From positions 7,812 through 71,811 of the forward strand of contig JAOUIL010000004.1 of NCBI GenBank assembly GCA_029883975.1: 64,000 bases of DNA, given 5' to 3'. Origin of the DNA: Betaproteobacteria bacterium. GTDB taxonomy: Bacteria > Pseudomonadota > Gammaproteobacteria > Burkholderiales > SG8-39. Both the position numbers and the translations under genes were made by a program. This document shows, piece after piece, positions 11,027 through 19,182 of this stretch; the stretch's first letter is position 1; every line of letters starts with the position of its first letter. The notes under the pieces are model-generated. The model saw only the letters and a list, made by a program, of their open reading frames with translations, did no database searches and was not told where the DNA came from.

Positions 11027-11902
11027 ATGCCCCCCGGCACCCTGTATGTCGTCGCCACGCCGATCGGCAACCTTGCCGATGTCGGCGCGCGCGCGCTAGA
11101 GGTGCTGCGCCAGGCGGACGTCGTCGCCTGCGAGGACACGCGCACCACGCGCACCCTGCTCGCCCGGCATGGCATCGAGCGTCCGACGCTGGCGCTGCAC
11201 GCGCACAACGAGCGTGCGGCCGGCGAGAAGCTGCTCGGCGAGCTGCGCGCGGGGCGCAGCGTCGCCCTGGTGACGGATGCCGGCACGCCGGGCGTGTCGG
11301 ACCCGGGCGCGCTGCTCGTCGCGGCCGCGCATCGCGCCGGCGTGCGCGTGGTACCGGTTCCGGGCCCCAGTGCGGCGATCGCCGCCTGGTCCGCCGCGGG
11401 ATTCACGGCGGACCGGTTCCTGTTCGTCGGCTTCCTGCCGGCCAAGGCCGCGGCGCGCCGCAAGGCGCTCGAGGCGCTCGAGCTGCCGTGGCCGATGATC
11501 TTCTACGAGGCGCCGCACCGCGTTCTCGAGTGCGTGCAGGACCTGAAGGCGCGCTACGGCGCCGAGCGCGAGCTGTTCATCGGGCGGGAGCTGACCAAGA
11601 AGTTCGAGGAGACCGTGCGCCTGCCGCTCGCGGGCGCCGAAGCCTGGCTGCAGGCGCACGCGCACCGGCAGCAGGGCGAGTTCGTGCTGGTGCTGGGCCC
11701 GGCCGAGAGCGCCGCGCCTTCGGTGGCGGAAGCCGAGCGCGTGCTCGGCGTGCTGCTCGAAGCGCTGCCGGCGGGCGAGGCGGCGCGGCTCGCGGCGCGC
11801 ATCACCGGCGTGCCGCGCAACGCGCTCTATCGCAAGGCCCTGGCGCGCGCCGATCGGAACAGGGGTAACAGCCCCCCCGTTACCCCCCGTCGCGACCGCT
11901 AG
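11027..11902 (+). CDS. rsmI: 16S rRNA (cytidine1402-2'-O)-methyltransferase
   Basis: 291 aa from ATG 11027, with N-terminus GTLYVVATPIGNLADVGARALEVL. It lies divergent from yraN, as in E. coli. The last 16 codons run through a REP-like repeat. Confidence 0.9.
   Translation: MPPGTLYVVATPIGNLADVGARALEVLRQADVVACEDTRTTRTLLARHGIERPTLALHAHNERAAGEKLLGELRAGRSVALVTDAGTPGVSDPGALLVAAAHRAGVRVVPVPGPSAAIAAWSAAGFTADRFLFVGFLPAKAAARRKALEALELPWPMIFYEAPHRVLECVQDLKARYGAERELFIGRELTKKFEETVRLPLAGAEAWLQAHAHRQQGEFVLVLGPAESAAPSVAEAERVLGVLLEALPAGEAARLAARITGVPRNALYRKALARADRNRGNSPPVTPRRDR
11854..11888. repeat. REP-like stem-loop element, copy A
   Basis: TCGGAACAGGGGTAAC-AGCCCCCCC-GTTACCCCC. The stem is 8 bp (GGGGTAAC / GTTACCCC). 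It shares the flanks TCGGAACAGGGG and CCCCCGTTACCCCC with copy B at 54062-54098. Confidence 0.7.
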
Positions 11903-11911
11903 AATCGGCCT

Positions 11912-12943
11912 ATGGACCGGCTCACGATCGTGCGCCCCGACGACTGGCATCTGCACCTGCGCGACGGACCGCAGATGGCGGACGTGCTGCCCGATACCGC
12001 CCGACGCTTCGCGCGCGCCATCGTCATGCCGAACCTGCGCACGCCAGTGCGCACCACGCAGGAGGCGCTCGCCTATCGCGGCCGCATCCTGTCGGCGCTG
12101 CCGGAGGGCGCGTCGTTCGAGCCGCTGATGACGCTCTACCTCACCGACGACACGCCGCCCGAGGAAATCGCGCTGGCGCGACGCTCCGGCCAGGTGCACG
12201 CCGTGAAGCTCTATCCGGCGGGCGCGACGACGCACTCCGACGCGGGCGTGACGCGCATCTCGCGCTGCTTTCACACGCTGGAGAAGATGGAGGAGCAGGG
12301 CATGCCGCTGCTCGTGCACGGCGAAGTCACCGACCCGGAGGTGGACGTGTTCGACCGCGAGCCCGTGTTCATCGAGGAGGTGCTGGGGCCGCTCGTCGAG
12401 CGCTTTCCCGGGCTGAAGATCGTGCTGGAGCACATCACCACGCGCGAGGCGGTGCATTTCGTGGAAGTCACCGGGCCGAACGTGGCCTCCACCATTACGG
12501 CGCACCACCTGCTGCTCAATCGAAACGCGCTGTTCCAGGGCGGCATGCGGCCGCACCACTACTGCCTGCCGGTCCTGAAGCGCGAGGCGCACCGCGAGGC
12601 TCTGGTGGAAGCCGCGACCTCCGGCAACCCGAAGTTCTTCCTCGGCACCGACAGCGCGCCGCACGCGCGCCACACCAAGGAAACCGCCTGCGGCTGCGCG
12701 GGCATCTACACCGCGCACGCGGCGCTCGAGCTGTACGCGGTCGCGTTCGAGGAAGCGCATGCGCTCGACCGGCTCGAAGCCTTCGCCAGCCGCTTCGGCG
12801 CACAGTTCTACGGCCTGCCCGTCAACCGCGGCACGATCTCGCTCGAGCGCCGGGAGTGGAAGGTGCCCGAGACGCTGCCCTTCGGCGCGGAGCGTCTCGT
12901 GCCGCTGCGCGCCGGCGAGACCCTGCCCTGGAAGATCGCCTAG
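11912..12943 (+). CDS. pyrC: dihydroorotase (homodimeric type)
   Basis: 343 aa with PDDWHLHLRD metal-binding N-terminus, AVKLYPAGATTHS, and a conserved C-terminal half. Confidence 0.93.
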   Translation: MDRLTIVRPDDWHLHLRDGPQMADVLPDTARRFARAIVMPNLRTPVRTTQEALAYRGRILSALPEGASFEPLMTLYLTDDTPPEEIALARRSGQVHAVKLYPAGATTHSDAGVTRISRCFHTLEKMEEQGMPLLVHGEVTDPEVDVFDREPVFIEEVLGPLVERFPGLKIVLEHITTREAVHFVEVTGPNVASTITAHHLLLNRNALFQGGMRPHHYCLPVLKREAHREALVEAATSGNPKFFLGTDSAPHARHTKETACGCAGIYTAHAALELYAVAFEEAHALDRLEAFASRFGAQFYGLPVNRGTISLERREWKVPETLPFGAERLVPLRAGETLPWKIA

Positions 12944-13674
12944 CCCACCCGATCTTCGCGCCGCTGCGGCCCTGGCTCGAGACGCTTGGCAGCGCCCCCT
13001 CGCACGAGGCGCTCAATGCGGCCGCCGAGCGCGCCGGGCTGCGCACGGCTAGCGGCCGGCCGGTGCGCTTCGTTCCTCCGGCAGCCAGCGACCCCTACTA
13101 CGAGGTCCACCTCTTCGAGACCGGGCGGGTGCAGACGCGCCGCGGCAACCCGCACGACCTCTTCAACGCCCTGTGCTGGCTGGCGTTCCCGCGCACCAAA
13201 GCGCGCATCAACGCGCTGCACGCCGCGGAGATCCCGCGCGAGGGCGGGCGGCGCGGCCGGCTGCGCGACCTGCTCACTATCTTCGACGAGGGCGGCGCGC
13301 TCGTCGCCTGCGCGGATGCCGCGCTCATCGCGCTCGTGCGCGAGTTCCGCTGGAAGGCGCTGTTCTGGGAGCAACGGCAGCGCGTGCTGGAGGCGATGCG
13401 CTTCGTGGTCCTGGGTCACGCGACCCTCGAGCAAGCGCTCGCGCCGCGGCCCGGCATCACCTGCAAGGCGCTGTTCATCGATCCGGCGCGCGACGCCGAC
13501 GCACAGGCCGCGGCCTGGCTCGAGAGCCTGCCCGCCGGCGCCTCGCCGCAGCTGCTAGCGCCGCTGCCCGTCTTCGGCTACCCGGGCTGGCTGCCCGACG
13601 GCGAGCGCGGCGAGTTCTACGATGACGCGCGCTTCTTCAGGCTGTCGGCCGGAAAGCAGGCGCGGCACGCGTAG
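12856..13674 (+). CDS. DUF3025 domain-containing protein
   Basis: Family-like sequence (PYYEVHLFETGRVQTRRGNPHDLFNALCWLAFPRTKARINALHA). The only canonical start is ATG 12856, which overlaps pyrC by 88 nt, so the start is uncertain. Confidence 0.65.
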   Translation: MEGARDAALRRGASRAAARRRDPALEDRLAHPIFAPLRPWLETLGSAPSHEALNAAAERAGLRTASGRPVRFVPPAASDPYYEVHLFETGRVQTRRGNPHDLFNALCWLAFPRTKARINALHAAEIPREGGRRGRLRDLLTIFDEGGALVACADAALIALVREFRWKALFWEQRQRVLEAMRFVVLGHATLEQALAPRPGITCKALFIDPARDADAQAAAWLESLPAGASPQLLAPLPVFGYPGWLPDGERGEFYDDARFFRLSAGKQARHA

Positions 13675-13677
13675 AAT
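13672..13677 (+). promoter_or_regulatory. candidate -10 box (TAGAAT) of rnpB
   Basis: TAGAAT lies immediately 5' of the P1 stem of the RNase P RNA and overlaps the DUF3025 stop codon. Confidence 0.4.
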
Positions 13678-13680
13678 GGC

Positions 13681-13999
13681 GACTGAGACGGCCAGGCAGC
13701 CGCTGTGGCGACACAGAGGAAAGTCCGGGCTCCGAAGGGCGGGATGCGGGGTAACACCCCGGCGCGTATAGATGAAGGCGACGAACAGGGCCACAGAGAC
13801 GAGTCCTCGGGGTCAGAGCCGAGGGGTGAAACGGGCAACCTCCATCCGGAGCAACACCAAATAGGCAAGCGTTCGAGGCCGGCCCGGCCGAGCTTGCGGG
13901 TAGGTGGCTAGAGCTCCAGGGCGACCTGGGGCCCAGAGGAATGGCTGCCGTGGCGGGATCTCCCGCCGCACAGAACCCGGCTTATCGGCCGTCTCAGTT
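13681..13999 (+). ncRNA. rnpB: RNase P RNA, bacterial type A-like
   Basis: Universal [21 protein letters not shown] at 13716-13733. The 3' element ACAGAACCCGGCTTATCGG is present. P1 pairs ACTGAGACGGCC (13682-13693) with GGCCGTCTCAGT (13987-13998), and P2 pairs GGCAGCC with GGCTGCC. GGGGTAACACCCC is P8-like. The ends are accurate to a few nt only. Confidence 0.9.
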
Positions 14000-14015
14000 T
14001 TTTCCAGCGCCGTTG

Positions 14016-14041
14016 TGCGCCGCGGGCGCAGATTTCTTTTG
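14016..14041 (+). terminator. rho-independent terminator downstream of rnpB
   Basis: TGCGCC-GCG-GGCGCA hairpin followed by GATTTCTTTTG. Confidence 0.45.
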
Positions 14042-14125
14042 CGTTCCGCGCGACCGCGGCGGGATAATGCATGCTGACAACGACGCCGGGGGAAGAACGG
14101 GCCTCAAGGCCCGCTGGGCTGCGCC

Positions 14126-15073
14126 GTGCACGACCGCCTCAACCAGAACGACGTCACCAACAAGATCGACGTGGAGGATCCGGACGCGGTGCGCGAGGCC
14201 GTGCTGGCGCTGTTCGCCGCGCGCTACCCGGGCGAGAGCCTGGCGCCCCTGCGGCAGGCCTTCGACGACGTGAAGGCGCTGTTCCTGGGCAACTTCCCCG
14301 GCTACCTGCCCTGCGACACGCCGTACCACGACATGCGCCACACGCTCGACATGACCCTCGCCATGGCGCGGCTGCTGGACGGGCACGAGCGCGCGTGCTC
14401 GCCGGCAGACCGCATCGGCCTGCGGCGCGCCATGCTCGGCATGGTCGTCGCGCTGCTGCACGACTCGGGCTACGTGAAGCGCGCCTCCGAAGCGCACGTC
14501 GAGAACGGCGCGGTGTTCACCAAGATCCACGTCAGCCGCAGCGCCGACTTCCTCCTGCGCTACCTGCCCCGGCTCGGCTTCGCCGAGGAGGCGGGCGCCG
14601 CCGCCAAGCTGGTGCACTTCACCGGCTACGAGATGGACATCGATGACATCCTGCTGCACGACCCCAAGGACCGCCTGCTTGGCTGCCTGGTGGGCACGGC
14701 GGACCTGCTCGGGCAGATGTCGGATCGCACCTACCTGGAGAAATGCCGCGAGTTCCTCTACCAGGAGTTCGTGTGGGGACGCGTCGCGCGCGAGACGCTC
14801 GCCGACGGCCGCGAGATCGTGCGCTACGCCTCGCCCGACGACCTGATGCTGAAGACGCCGGGCTTCTACGAGCATGTCGCGCGCACGCGCATGCAGACCA
14901 AGCTCGGCGGCGTCGACCGCTTCGCCGAGGCGCACTTCGACGGCCCCAACCTCTACCAGGGCGAGATCGACCGCAACATGGCGTTCCTGAAGTCTGCCAT
15001 CGAGGAAGCCGACCTGCGGCGCCTGCGCCGTTTCTGCTACTCGCTCTCGCGCCGGGAAGCCCGCGCCGCCTGA
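14126..15073 (+). CDS. HD-domain-like metal-dependent phosphohydrolase (putative)
   Basis: 315 aa with a GTG start. H..HD-type motifs are present (PYHDMRHTLDM, VALLHDSGY). Confidence 0.65.
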   Translation: MHDRLNQNDVTNKIDVEDPDAVREAVLALFAARYPGESLAPLRQAFDDVKALFLGNFPGYLPCDTPYHDMRHTLDMTLAMARLLDGHERACSPADRIGLRRAMLGMVVALLHDSGYVKRASEAHVENGAVFTKIHVSRSADFLLRYLPRLGFAEEAGAAAKLVHFTGYEMDIDDILLHDPKDRLLGCLVGTADLLGQMSDRTYLEKCREFLYQEFVWGRVARETLADGREIVRYASPDDLMLKTPGFYEHVARTRMQTKLGGVDRFAEAHFDGPNLYQGEIDRNMAFLKSAIEEADLRRLRRFCYSLSRREARAA

Positions 15074-15167
15074 ACGCGCCCGGCGAGCGCGGCATTTGTC
15101 ACGTTCGCATGCAAATCGGACGCTGAGCGCTTGCCAGCGCCGGGGGGGCCGTGGCACAAGTGCTCCC

Positions 15168-15620
15168 ATGGCTGTCCCGCAAAGAATCCGCCCCGTCGCC
15201 ACCCGCCCGGAGGTCGCGCCGGCGCTGTTTCGGCTGCTGGCGGAAGCGTCGCTCTCCAGGGCAGCGCTCGACGCCTGCGGCACGCCCATGGCGCTCGCCG
15301 ATGCCGCGTCGGCGTCGCGGCCGCTCAGTTACGTCAACCAGGCATTCGAGGCGTTCTTCGGCTTTCGTGCCGCGGAATCGCTCGGCCGGCCGGCCGCGAC
15401 GCTGCTGTTCCGCGAGCCGCAAGACGCCGAATCGCTGTTCCGGGAGCCGGCGGCCCGGCGCACGCTGCGCGCGCGGCGCAAGGACGGGTCCGAGGCGTAC
15501 GTCGAAGTGTCGGTCGGCGTGATCCGCGCGAGCGACGGCAGCGTGACCCACTGGGTGCTGTCGTTCGCCGACCGCTCGGAGCTGGAGTTGCTGCGCGACC
15601 GGCTGGCCGCGCTGCGCTAG
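15168..15620 (+). CDS. stand-alone PAS domain protein
   Basis: 150 aa from ATG 15168, with a PAS-like core (PMALADAASASRPLSYVNQAFEAFFGFRAAESLGR ... DGSEAYVEVSVGVIRASDGSVTHWVLSFAD) and no output domain. Confidence 0.65.
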   Translation: MAVPQRIRPVATRPEVAPALFRLLAEASLSRAALDACGTPMALADAASASRPLSYVNQAFEAFFGFRAAESLGRPAATLLFREPQDAESLFREPAARRTLRARRKDGSEAYVEVSVGVIRASDGSVTHWVLSFADRSELELLRDRLAALR

Positions 15621-15633
15621 GCGCGCGCTTGCG

Positions 15634-15801
15634 CTACTCGTCCTTCGTCCCGAGGGACTGCCAGACGTCGGTGAGCACCATCGCCAGGCCGATGAGCGCC
15701 ACGACGATCAACGCTCCGTCCTTCAGCTTGATCACCACCGGCGCGACGAAGGCGATGAGCAGCGCCACCGCCACGATGCCTGCCACGATCTTGAAGTTCA
15801 T
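15634..15801 (-). CDS. small two-helix membrane protein (55 aa), below the ORF-track size cutoff
   Basis: Manual translation gives MNFKIVAGIVAVALLIAFVAPVVIKLKDGALIVVALIGLAMVLTDVWQSLGTKDE*. An SD (GGAGG) lies 8 nt upstream. The gene starts 21 nt after the amidase stop and has strong third-position GC bias. Confidence 0.55.
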   Translation of the reverse strand: MNFKIVAGIVAVALLIAFVAPVVIKLKDGALIVVALIGLAMVLTDVWQSLGTKDE

Positions 15802-15822
15802 TTCGCTTGCCTCCGTGTTCTT

Positions 15823-17160
15823 TCAGCCGGCTGCCACCTGCGCCGTCAGCCAGCGCGCGGTGCGCAGCAGCCGCAGGTCGCCGCCGCGCGGGCCGACGAG
15901 CTGAACGCCCATCGGCAGGCCGTTCGCCCCGCGCATCAGCGGCAGCGTGATCGCCGGCATGCCGCACAGCGTCCACAGCGTGCAGAACGCCGGGTCGCCG
16001 GTGGACTCCAGCCCCTGCGGGGCGGTGCCCGCTGCCGCCGGCGTCATCACGGCATCGCAGCGCTCGAAGATCTCCTCGAAGCCCTCGTTGAGCAGCGGGA
16101 TGCGCGCGCAGGCGCGTTGGTATTCCAGCGCCGTGACCTCGCGGCCGCGTGCCAGCTGCTGGCGCAAGGATTCGGATAACTGGTCCCTGCCTTGCTCCCA
16201 CTCGCGGTCGAGGTGCGCGGCCATCTCCGCTTCCATGATCACACGATGCCAGTCGAGTGCCTGGCGCGCCGACTCGGGCATGTCCACCGCCACGACGCGC
16301 TCGCCGAGCGCCTGCGCCAGCTCCTCGAACGCGGACACGGTTTCCGCCGCGGCGCGATCCCAGACCGGCCCCTTGACGAACGCGAGCAGCGGCGGGAACG
16401 GCGGCTCTTCGCTGGCGGCCGCGGCGAACGGCATGCGCGCGCGCGCGCGTGTGTCCGGGTCGCGCGGATCGAGGCCCGTCAGCTGTTCGGCAATGAGCGC
16501 GATGTCCTCCAGCGTGCGCGCGAACATGCCCACGTGGTCGAGCGTGCGCGAGAGCTTCATGACCCCGCCGCGCGGCACGAGCCCGTGCGTGGGCTTGAAG
16601 CCGTAGACCCCGCAAAAGGCCGCCGGGCGGATTACCGAGCCGTTGGTCTGGCTGCCCAGCGCAAGCGGCACCATGCCGGCGGCGACCGCGGCCGCGGAGC
16701 CGCTCGAGGATCCCCCCGGGGTGTGCCGCGGATCGTGCGGATTGCGCGTCTTGCCCGGCCGATAGGTGGCGAACTCGGTGGTCACGGTCTTGCCCAGGAT
16801 CACCGCGCCGGCGGCACGCAGCATCGCCACGGCGGTCGCGTCGTGCGCCGGCGTGCGCCCGGCATGCAGGACGCTGCCATCCTCGGTCGGCATATCCTCC
16901 GTGTCGAAGATGTCCTTGATGCCGATCGGCACGCCGTGCAGCGGGCCGGTCGGCTGTCCCTTGCTGCGCTCGAGATCACGCTCGTGCGCCTGCCGCAGCG
17001 CATGCTCGGGATCGAGGTAGGCCCAGGCCTGCACGTCGCCGTCCACCTCGCGCACGCGCGCGAGACAGGCCTCGGTCAGCTGCTCGGCGCTGATGGCGCC
17101 GTCGCGCACGGCGCGCGCCGCGTCGGTGGCCGACAGCCAGTTGAGCTGCGAGGCGTCCAT
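15823..17160 (-). CDS. amidase (amidase-signature family)
   Basis: 445 aa with the AS signature GGSSSGSAAAVAAG and the conserved Lys and Ser regions. Confidence 0.92.
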   Translation of the reverse strand: MDASQLNWLSATDAARAVRDGAISAEQLTEACLARVREVDGDVQAWAYLDPEHALRQAHERDLERSKGQPTGPLHGVPIGIKDIFDTEDMPTEDGSVLHAGRTPAHDATAVAMLRAAGAVILGKTVTTEFATYRPGKTRNPHDPRHTPGGSSSGSAAAVAAGMVPLALGSQTNGSVIRPAAFCGVYGFKPTHGLVPRGGVMKLSRTLDHVGMFARTLEDIALIAEQLTGLDPRDPDTRARARMPFAAAASEEPPFPPLLAFVKGPVWDRAAAETVSAFEELAQALGERVVAVDMPESARQALDWHRVIMEAEMAAHLDREWEQGRDQLSESLRQQLARGREVTALEYQRACARIPLLNEGFEEIFERCDAVMTPAAAGTAPQGLESTGDPAFCTLWTLCGMPAITLPLMRGANGLPMGVQLVGPRGGDLRLLRTARWLTAQVAAG

Positions 17161-17167
17161 GCCGGCG

Positions 17168-18514
17168 CTAGCGCCCGTAGATCAGGTCCGGCAACCAGAA
17201 CATGATCCCGGGGACCAGGTACACCACGATCATGGTGACGAACACCATGCCGAGGAACGGGAAGCACCCCTTGAAGATCGTCCACAGCTGCACCTGCGGC
17301 GGCGCGATGCCCTTCAGGTAGTAGGCCGACATCGCCATCGGCGGCGTGAGGAACGAGGTCTGCAGGTTGAGCGCGACGAGGATGCCGAACATCATCGGGT
17401 CGATGTGGAAGTGCGGCAGCAGCGGCAGGAAGATCGGCACGAAGATGATGATGATCTCGCTCCACGCCAGCGGCCAGCCGAGCAGGAAGATGATGACCTG
17501 CGCCATGATGAGGAACGCGACCGGGTTCAGATCGAGCCCGAGCACGAACTCCTTGATGATGCCCTCGCCGCCCAGATACGAGAACACGGAGGAGAAGGTC
17601 CACGAGCCGACGAACAGGAAGCAGACCATCGCCGAGGTGCGCGCGGTCAGGTACACCGCCTCCTGCAGGCGCGCCCAAGACAGCGCCCGGTAAGCCACGG
17701 CGAGGACCATCGCGCCGAGCGCGCCGACCGCGGCGGCCTCGGTCGGCGTCGCCAGGCCGAACAGGATCGAGCCGAGCACCGCCATGATGAGCACCGCGAG
17801 CGGCACGAAGGCCTGCGCAAGCAGCAGGAAGGTCTTGCCCCAGGGCACGTTGCTCTGCTCGGGCGGGAGCCGGGGCGCGAGCTTCGGGTTGAGCACGGCG
17901 CGTACGATGACGTAGGCCACGTACAGGCCGGCGAGCAGCATGCCGGGAAGCAGCGCCGCGGCGTACAGGCGCACCACGGACACCGACGAGGTCGCCGAGT
18001 AGACGATCAGCATGATCGACGGCGGAATCAGGATGCCGAGCGTGCCGCCCGCGCAGATCACCCCCGCGGAGAGCTTCTCGTCGTATCCCGCCTTGAGCAT
18101 CGCCGGGAAGGCGAGCAGCCCCATCAGCGTCACGACGGCGCCGACGATGCCGGTCGCCGTGGCGAACATCGCGCAGGTCAGGAGCGTGGCGACCGCCATC
18201 GCGCCCGGCACGTGGCGCAGCGCCACCTGCAGGCTAAGGAACAGGCGATCGAGGATGTTGGCGCGCTCGACGACGTAGCCCATGAACAGGAACAGCGGCA
18301 CCGCCACCAGGACGTCGTTGCTCATGACGCTCCAGGTGTTCTGCGTGAGCAGGTAGAAGATGCGGTTGTCGAAGAACTCCTGCCCCGGCTGGTAGTAGGC
18401 GTAGTAGCCGAAGGCCACGCCCATGCCCATCAACGTGAAGGCGATCGGGAATCCCAGCAGGATGACGAAGATGAACAGCCCCAGCATCGCCAGGGCGATG
18501 ATCGGATCGCTCAC
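17168..18514 (-). CDS. dctM: TRAP transporter large permease subunit
   Basis: 448 aa from GTG 18514 (SD GGGAGG 6 nt upstream; GTGA overlap with the dctQ stop). The sequence is polytopic and DctM-like throughout. Confidence 0.92.
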   Translation of the reverse strand: MSDPIIALAMLGLFIFVILLGFPIAFTLMGMGVAFGYYAYYQPGQEFFDNRIFYLLTQNTWSVMSNDVLVAVPLFLFMGYVVERANILDRLFLSLQVALRHVPGAMAVATLLTCAMFATATGIVGAVVTLMGLLAFPAMLKAGYDEKLSAGVICAGGTLGILIPPSIMLIVYSATSSVSVVRLYAAALLPGMLLAGLYVAYVIVRAVLNPKLAPRLPPEQSNVPWGKTFLLLAQAFVPLAVLIMAVLGSILFGLATPTEAAAVGALGAMVLAVAYRALSWARLQEAVYLTARTSAMVCFLFVGSWTFSSVFSYLGGEGIIKEFVLGLDLNPVAFLIMAQVIIFLLGWPLAWSEIIIIFVPIFLPLLPHFHIDPMMFGILVALNLQTSFLTPPMAMSAYYLKGIAPPQVQLWTIFKGCFPFLGMVFVTMIVVYLVPGIMFWLPDLIYGR

Positions 18515-19107
18515 TGGCCGCCTCCCGGGGTGCCGCGCTGCTCGCCGGCGTGCTGCTGTATCAGAACGTCTTCCAGCTCCTCGACGTCGTGCAGGCGCGT
18601 CGGCCAGCGGCCCTCGCGCAGGCAGATGACGCAGCGCAGGACCTCCGCCAGCCCCTGCAGAGCAAGCAGGCCGGCCCCGCAGGGGATCAGCAGTTTCAGC
18701 TGCCAGACCGGGATGCCGGCCGGGCTGTTGACGCTCACCTCGCGGATCTTGGCGGAATCGATGCCGTAGGCCCAGCCGGCGATGACCAGCGCCAGCACGC
18801 CGGGGAAGTAGAGGAGCACGTACAGGCTCAGTTCCACGGTCGCCTGCGTGCGCGGACGCCACATGCGGTACAGGAAGTCGCCACGCACGTGGCCATTGCG
18901 CGACAGCGCGTACGGGCCGGCCATGAAGAACAGGGCGCCGTACATGAGGTAGCTGTAGTCGAACGCCCAGCTCGTCGGATCGTTCAGCACGTAGCGCACG
19001 AACACTTCGTAGGACGTGCCGAAGGTGAGCATGATGATGCACCACGCGAACGCGTGGCCGACCGTCTTGCTCAACTGGTCAATACCGAGGATGAAGCGGT
19101 TAAGCAT
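18511..19107 (-). CDS. dctQ: TRAP transporter small permease subunit
   Basis: 198 aa, four TM helices, DctQ-like, located between dctP and dctM. Confidence 0.88.
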   Translation of the reverse strand: MLNRFILGIDQLSKTVGHAFAWCIIMLTFGTSYEVFVRYVLNDPTSWAFDYSYLMYGALFFMAGPYALSRNGHVRGDFLYRMWRPRTQATVELSLYVLLYFPGVLALVIAGWAYGIDSAKIREVSVNSPAGIPVWQLKLLIPCGAGLLALQGLAEVLRCVICLREGRWPTRLHDVEELEDVLIQQHAGEQRGTPGGGQ

Positions 19108-19182
19108 GGTCCGCCCCGTTCAGGAACAAAAATGGGGCGACGCCCGCGGCGCCGCCCCAGTCTCGCGATGGATCGGCGATGC

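Noticed and set aside
13555-14273. Several 68-110 aa ORFs on both strands over the rnpB region
   Set aside because: The region is explained by RNase P RNA (CR-I, P1, P2 and P4 elements). The ORFs lack an SD and have arbitrary composition.
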